Source of the DNA: Planctomycetota bacterium
GTDB taxonomy: Bacteria > Planctomycetota > Planctomycetia > JALXBF01
Assembly: GCA_026991575.1 (NCBI GenBank)
Contig: JALXBF010000036.1
Span: 1 to 64,000 of the forward strand
Reading direction: 5' to 3'
Length of the DNA: 64,000 nucleotides
Every line of letters starts with the position of its first letter. Position 1 is the stretch's first letter. The notes beneath the pieces are model-generated. The model had not been told where the DNA came from, did no database searches, and saw only the letters and a list, made by a program, of their open reading frames with translations. Both the position numbers and the translations under genes were made by a program. Shown in pieces: positions 59,370 to 64,000 of this stretch.

Positions 59370-59617
59370 GGTTGCAGCCTCCCGTTGGCTTGTATCCGAA
59401 GAAGCTCACCCCTAATGCTACTGCAAAGCATCACCTGGGCCGTGCCGCCCCCCACCACCGGTCGCTCGGACGCGAATCGATCCGCCGAGGCCGGATAGGA
59501 TTAATCCCCCCTGCCTGGCCGACGCCTGTTCGCCCCGGGCCCATTCCCCCCTGCCGTGCCGGGCACGCTGTAACAGCGCTCACCGACTGACTCTATCCCG
59601 GTATTTGAGGTACAACC

Positions 59618-60487
59618 ATGGTCTGTTGCTCCGGAAAAAGGATTCTCCCGCGTAGGACCGACGGGTTCACGCTGATCGAGCTGCTCGTGGTGATCGCCAT
59701 CATCGCCGTCATGGTCGCTCTGTTGCTGCCGGCCGTGCAGCATGCACGAGAGGCGGCACGGCGGGCTCGTTGCCGGAACCACCTGCGTCAGCTCGGCATC
59801 GCGTTGCATCGCTACCACGACGCGCATGGCGCGCTGCCACCGGGCTATCTCTGGTCGCCGGGCTATTCGCATGGCGGTTTCGGCTGGGGAGCCCTCATCC
59901 TGAGCCAGCTCGGCTACAGCAGGCTGTACAACGCGCTGAACTTCTCGTTGCCACTGTGGCACGCAGCGAACGCAACGATCGCTGTCCTGCAGCCTGGGGT
60001 CTTCCTGTGCCCGTCCGACGACACGTCGCTCGGAACGCTCGACCGCGAAGGTCTGCGGTACGGGCGGGCCAACTACGTCGGCAACTTTGGTCCCGGTGAT
60101 ATGGACGAGAATCCGGACGATCGCCGCGGCGTCTTCAGCCGCAACAGCTTCACGCGCTTTCGCGACATCACCGACGGACTTGCCCACACGTTCCTTGCCT
60201 CTGAACGGCACAACGACAAGTTCCTGTCCTTGAGTACGGGAGGCCACCTCTGGGCCGAAACGGTCTGGATCGGCGCAATCAAAGAAGGCGACGATGACGA
60301 CCACGCCCACACGACACTCTTCCAGACGGGCCACACCCCGAACAGTCCCTACATGGATGATCGTGACGTAGCGAGCAAACACATGGATGGGGCAAACTTC
60401 CTGTTCTGTGATGGATCGGTACGGTTTCTCAGTAACGACATCGATCTGGCGATCTATCGCGAACTTAGCTCGCGAGCGCCATTCTGA
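59618..60487 (+). CDS. DUF1559 prepilin-type N-terminal cleavage/methylation protein
   Basis: [66 protein letters not shown] (H-X9-DG). Confidence 0.95.
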   Translation: MVCCSGKRILPRRTDGFTLIELLVVIAIIAVMVALLLPAVQHAREAARRARCRNHLRQLGIALHRYHDAHGALPPGYLWSPGYSHGGFGWGALILSQLGYSRLYNALNFSLPLWHAANATIAVLQPGVFLCPSDDTSLGTLDREGLRYGRANYVGNFGPGDMDENPDDRRGVFSRNSFTRFRDITDGLAHTFLASERHNDKFLSLSTGGHLWAETVWIGAIKEGDDDDHAHTTLFQTGHTPNSPYMDDRDVASKHMDGANFLFCDGSVRFLSNDIDLAIYRELSSRAPF

Positions 60488-60683
60488 TACCACCGACACC
60501 ACCCCCGTCACGCCTCCCCCCGGCCGAACCAGGCTCCGTGGCACCGAGCCGGCGGACGATACGGGCCATGCGCCAGCCGTGTGGGCTGACCGAGCCTCCG
60601 GCTACGCATGGCCCGGATTGTTTCCATTCAAGCTGACAGTGCCGCGGAGCATCTGCCTCCAGGCAGACCGCAGCTGCGTTCGC

Positions 60684-61700
60684 CTAGCTCTTCGTTTCCT
60701 GGCGCAACGCGATGTTGATGTACGCATGGATGTGCGGTGCACCGCGGAAGTGGAATACGGCCGTCGGCCCTTCGATCCGCCAGATGTCCCAAATGCCGTC
60801 GTTGCCTATGTCACCTTGCTTGTAGAACGCAATGTGCAGCGCATCCAGACCGCCTCCGGCCTCGATTATGGCCAGCGCCTCACGCCGGTCCGACTCGCGA
60901 TACGGTAGCAGGATGTCGTGAATCACTTCCCGCACCAAGGCCTTCTGATCGTCACTCAGCTCTGCAACTGGGATTCCCGGGCGTGGCGCATCCGGTGCGC
61001 GCAGCTGAACCGCGGTCTCCGGCGGCGCCTTCGGCAGCAGAGCCTTGGCCCGTTGCTTGCCATCCAGCATCTGGAACACCTGGTTGGCCCGCACCGCCTG
61101 GTACCAGAACACGTTGCCCGGATGCCCGGGCTTTTCGTTGAACTGGGGCGCGTGCCCATAAACGAGCGGTCCACCAAAGGCCTTACCCGGCACGCTGTCG
61201 CCATCACACCGCATCGTTACGTGCCGACCGGTCAACTCCCATTCGAACTTGCCACGCTCCGGATCACCAAAGATCGCACACGTGTACCGACCCAGCCCTC
61301 CCCAATCGTCCTTCATCTGGCGCATGAACCGCTCGAAGCCGTCCTCGGACGTGATGCTCCTGATGATCTCCTGCACGAGCCGCTGTTGGTCCTTGTTCAA
61401 GACGTCGCTGATGGGCAGGTCGACGATCTCCCAGTTCGGGGCCACCTTGTGCCGCCGGGGATCGTCCCAGGGCAGAACCAGAATCTCGCGCTGCTCCTTG
61501 GTCAGCGACCGGTACAGCTCTCTGACCAGCGACTCCCCGGTCTTCTTCGGCTTCGCCTCGCTAGCGGCCGCCTGTGCCGTATGCACCAGGCAGCCCGCTG
61601 CGGCGGTCGCCGTGACGGCCCGTCGCAGGAACTCACGCCGATCAACCAGTTCCCCACACTCCGGGCATCGCACCAACCGGGCATCGTGCTTGGCCGACAT
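60684..61700 (-). CDS. DUF3500-like protein with a Tat signal
   Basis: DRREFLRR; IFGDP...WELTGRHVT; WRIEGPTAVFHFRGAPHIHAY. Confidence 0.8.
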   Translation of the reverse strand: MSAKHDARLVRCPECGELVDRREFLRRAVTATAAAGCLVHTAQAAASEAKPKKTGESLVRELYRSLTKEQREILVLPWDDPRRHKVAPNWEIVDLPISDVLNKDQQRLVQEIIRSITSEDGFERFMRQMKDDWGGLGRYTCAIFGDPERGKFEWELTGRHVTMRCDGDSVPGKAFGGPLVYGHAPQFNEKPGHPGNVFWYQAVRANQVFQMLDGKQRAKALLPKAPPETAVQLRAPDAPRPGIPVAELSDDQKALVREVIHDILLPYRESDRREALAIIEAGGGLDALHIAFYKQGDIGNDGIWDIWRIEGPTAVFHFRGAPHIHAYINIALRQETKS

Positions 61701-61808
61701 CACACGTCCTCCGCTGGCGAGGTTCTCAGGCTCAGGCAGGCTCCTCCAGTTTAACAATGTCGCATGAACGCATGCAATTGCGTCGATAAAGTGCCGCACA
61801 GACCGGTC

Positions 61809-62693
61809 TCAGAGGGCGAGATCCAGCCAGGTGACCAGTAGCAAGCCGACGCTGATCACGGCGTTGACGTGGAAGAACGCGACGTTTGCTCGGGCCAGAT
61901 CGTTTGGTCGCACCAGGGCATGTTCGTAGACAAGCAGTCCAGCGATGAAAACTAACCCGGCCCGGTAGATCCATCCGAGCGGGAAGACCAGCGGGAGCAG
62001 AGCCAGCAGGACTACGGTCAGCAGGTGCAGCAGCGCAGCCACACGCAACGCGCGCGCAACGCCCAGTCGGGCTGGAATGCTGTAGAGCCCCACCCGCCGA
62101 TCGAACTCGACATCCTGGCAAGCATAGATGATGTCGAAGCCGGCCACCCAGGTCAGCACGGCGGCCCCGAGCAACACCGGCGGCCACTCAACCGTGCCGC
62201 GAATCGCAATCCAGGCGGCTAGCGGTGCCAGCATCAGCGACGCGCCCAGCCAAAGGTGCGACAGGGACGTGAACCGCTTGCTAAAGGAGTAACCCGAGAT
62301 AAACAGCAGCACGGGCACCGATAGCGCCAGTGGCAGCCAATTGTCGTTCGACACCACAAACAGCGTGCAGCTAGCCACGAACGCCACCGCGCAGCCGAGT
62401 GCAAAGGCGGCAACCTGGCCAACCGTGACGACTCCCCGCGGCAAATGACGGTTCGCGGTTCGGGGGTTTTGGGCATCGAAGGTACGGTCGGCCAACCGAT
62501 TGACCGCCATGGCGGTGCTTCGCGCGAAGACCATGCAGAGCAGGATGCCAAGCCAATCGAGCCAGCGGAAACCTCCCCCGTAGCGAGCGTCCACTACGGT
62601 GGCCATCGTGGCGGAGGCCAGGGCGAAGGGCAGCGCGAAGACCGTGTGGCTGAAGCGGATCAACTCCAGCATCGTGCGCAGCCAACCGAGCAT
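61809..62693 (-). CDS. UbiA-family prenyltransferase (MqnP/ubiA-other type)
   Basis: IRFSHTVFALPFA; NRLADRTFDAQNPRTANRHLP; YSFSKRFT; GFDIIYACQD. Confidence 0.92.
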   Translation of the reverse strand: MLGWLRTMLELIRFSHTVFALPFALASATMATVVDARYGGGFRWLDWLGILLCMVFARSTAMAVNRLADRTFDAQNPRTANRHLPRGVVTVGQVAAFALGCAVAFVASCTLFVVSNDNWLPLALSVPVLLFISGYSFSKRFTSLSHLWLGASLMLAPLAAWIAIRGTVEWPPVLLGAAVLTWVAGFDIIYACQDVEFDRRVGLYSIPARLGVARALRVAALLHLLTVVLLALLPLVFPLGWIYRAGLVFIAGLLVYEHALVRPNDLARANVAFFHVNAVISVGLLLVTWLDLAL

Positions 62694-62726
62694 CTCGCAG
62701 CCCTCCACGGCCTGACGGTTCACCAC

Positions 62727-63551
62727 CTACGCTGTAGCTGCCAGGGGGCTTTCGAACTGCCAGCGGGGACACTGAGAGAAGAACGCGAGCGGGTTCTCGT
62801 AGACGATCTTCCGAATCGTCTCCTCGCTGTGCCCGCGCATGCGCATCTCGTGGATGAAGTCGGTAACCGCCAGCGGATTGGAGGGCCCCCAGTCGCCGGC
62901 AGAATTGACCATGATCCGCTCGGTTCCATACATCTCGACCATATCCGCGGCGCGCTGCGGAGTGCACTTGGTCACCGGGTACAGCGTCATTCCCACCCAG
63001 TAGCCTTCCTCCAGCGCATAGCGAATCGTGTGCTCCTCGACGTGGTCAATGAGTACCTTCTCTGGCCGAATGCGGCTGTCGCCGCGGAGCATGTCCAGGA
63101 TCATGCGCGTCCCCTGGTACTTGTCCTCCAGGTGGGGCGTATGCACCAGGATCAACTCGTTATGGCGGGCCGCCAGGTCCACTTGCTCCAGAAAAATGAT
63201 CGCCTCGTTGCGTGTGTTCTTGTTCAGCCCGATCTCGCCTACGCCCAAGCAGTTCGGACGGTCCAGGAACTCTGGCAGGATCGCGATCACCTCGCGCGCC
63301 AGGCTGACATTCTCGGCCTCCTTGGCGTTGATGCAGACCCAACAGTAATGCTTGATGCCGTACTGGGCGGCGCGCTTCGGTTCGAACTCGGTCAGATGCC
63401 GGAAATAGTCGCGGAAGCTCTCGGCCGAGCCCCGGTCGAAGCCGGCCCAGAATGCTGGTTCGCTGACGGCCACGCAGCCTGCCCGTGCCAACCGCTCATA
63501 GTCGTCCGTCACTCGAGAGACCATGTGATTGTGCGGATCGATGTAGTACAT
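62727..63551 (-). CDS. TatD-related amidohydrolase-fold protein
   Basis: DPHNHM; GVGEIGL; VHTPH; IDHVEE; NSAGDWG. Confidence 0.9.
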   Translation of the reverse strand: MYYIDPHNHMVSRVTDDYERLARAGCVAVSEPAFWAGFDRGSAESFRDYFRHLTEFEPKRAAQYGIKHYCWVCINAKEAENVSLAREVIAILPEFLDRPNCLGVGEIGLNKNTRNEAIIFLEQVDLAARHNELILVHTPHLEDKYQGTRMILDMLRGDSRIRPEKVLIDHVEEHTIRYALEEGYWVGMTLYPVTKCTPQRAADMVEMYGTERIMVNSAGDWGPSNPLAVTDFIHEMRMRGHSEETIRKIVYENPLAFFSQCPRWQFESPLAATA

Positions 63552-63564
63552 GGCGGCACGCCTC

Positions 63565-63837
63565 TTACGGGTTTGTCGCGCTCAGGTCGAACTTCTGCTG
63601 CCAGTCCGGATCATACGGTCGGCTGAAGATGAGCTGGATCTCCTCGGCATAGTTGGTGCGCTCGCTGGCCAGCACCTCAAGGGCACGGCGGAGCTGGCCG
63701 ATGCGGGGATCGTTGCGCAGCTGCTCATCATCGCCCGGGGCTCGCCGGATGCGATCCAGGATCGCGGCCGCGTCGAGCAGTTTGCACCGAAGCTCAAGAA
63801 AATACCGCTCGAAAACTTCTTTCTTGGTCAACGGCAT
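63565..63837 (-). CDS. Small conserved hypothetical protein
   Basis: YFLELRCKLLDAAAILDRI...AEEIQLIFS..YDPDW; GGAG SD; co-oriented with the TatD-like gene. Confidence 0.8.
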   Translation of the reverse strand: MPLTKKEVFERYFLELRCKLLDAAAILDRIRRAPGDDEQLRNDPRIGQLRRALEVLASERTNYAEEIQLIFSRPYDPDWQQKFDLSATNP

Positions 63838-63872
63838 CGGCGGCACTCCAAGCAGTTGTCCGGTCTTTCCGC

Positions 63873-63999
63873 CTAATTCTTCACGATAGCGCGCGGCCAC
63901 GCGCGGATCAACCGCCCCACTTGATCGCCCAAATACGGGCGATCGTCTCCGTCATGCACCCCCTCGTTGCGCGTGGTCATCCCTGGTCACGTAGGATCG
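63873..63999 (-). CDS. Possible C-terminal end of an upstream gene (partial)
   Basis: Only one minus-strand frame is open from the window edge, to a TAG at 63875-63873; no recognisable motif. Confidence 0.25.
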
Positions 64000-64000
64000 G

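Overview
A gene-dense, GC-rich (roughly two-thirds G+C by eye) bacterial chromosome segment, almost certainly from a Planctomycetota member. The evidence is DUF1559 prepilin-like, DUF1570, DUF1080 and DUF3500 proteins, an 'RRxRxxLxxEPLExRxLL' planctomycete signal motif, H4MPT-linked fae/mtd genes and an OmcB-like DUF11 lipoprotein. It is mostly core and lineage-typical genes: a pilM-led type IV pilus-like operon, murD, uvrA, csrA, rpoN, dnaX-ybaB-recR, an RND pair, hisD, a sodium:solute symporter, a flavin-dependent halogenase-like gene, a C1 module, an L,D-transpeptidase, a MoxR/DUF58/VWA operon, aspS and a TatD/UbiA cluster. I saw no tRNA, rRNA, CRISPR array or mobile element. The best signals not shown by the ORF track are (1) a complete Bacillus-type large SRP RNA with an Alu domain (14534-14810), (2) an A9 run inside dnaX with immediate stops in both shifted frames, as in Thermus-type tau/gamma slippage, (3) sigma28-like promoters and GGA-rich sequence around csrA, (4) a three-gene operon with two degenerate P-loop proteins, and (5) GYPGM/polyQ low-complexity tracts in the pilus-operon proteins. 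All calls come from reading motifs by eye; no searches were run.
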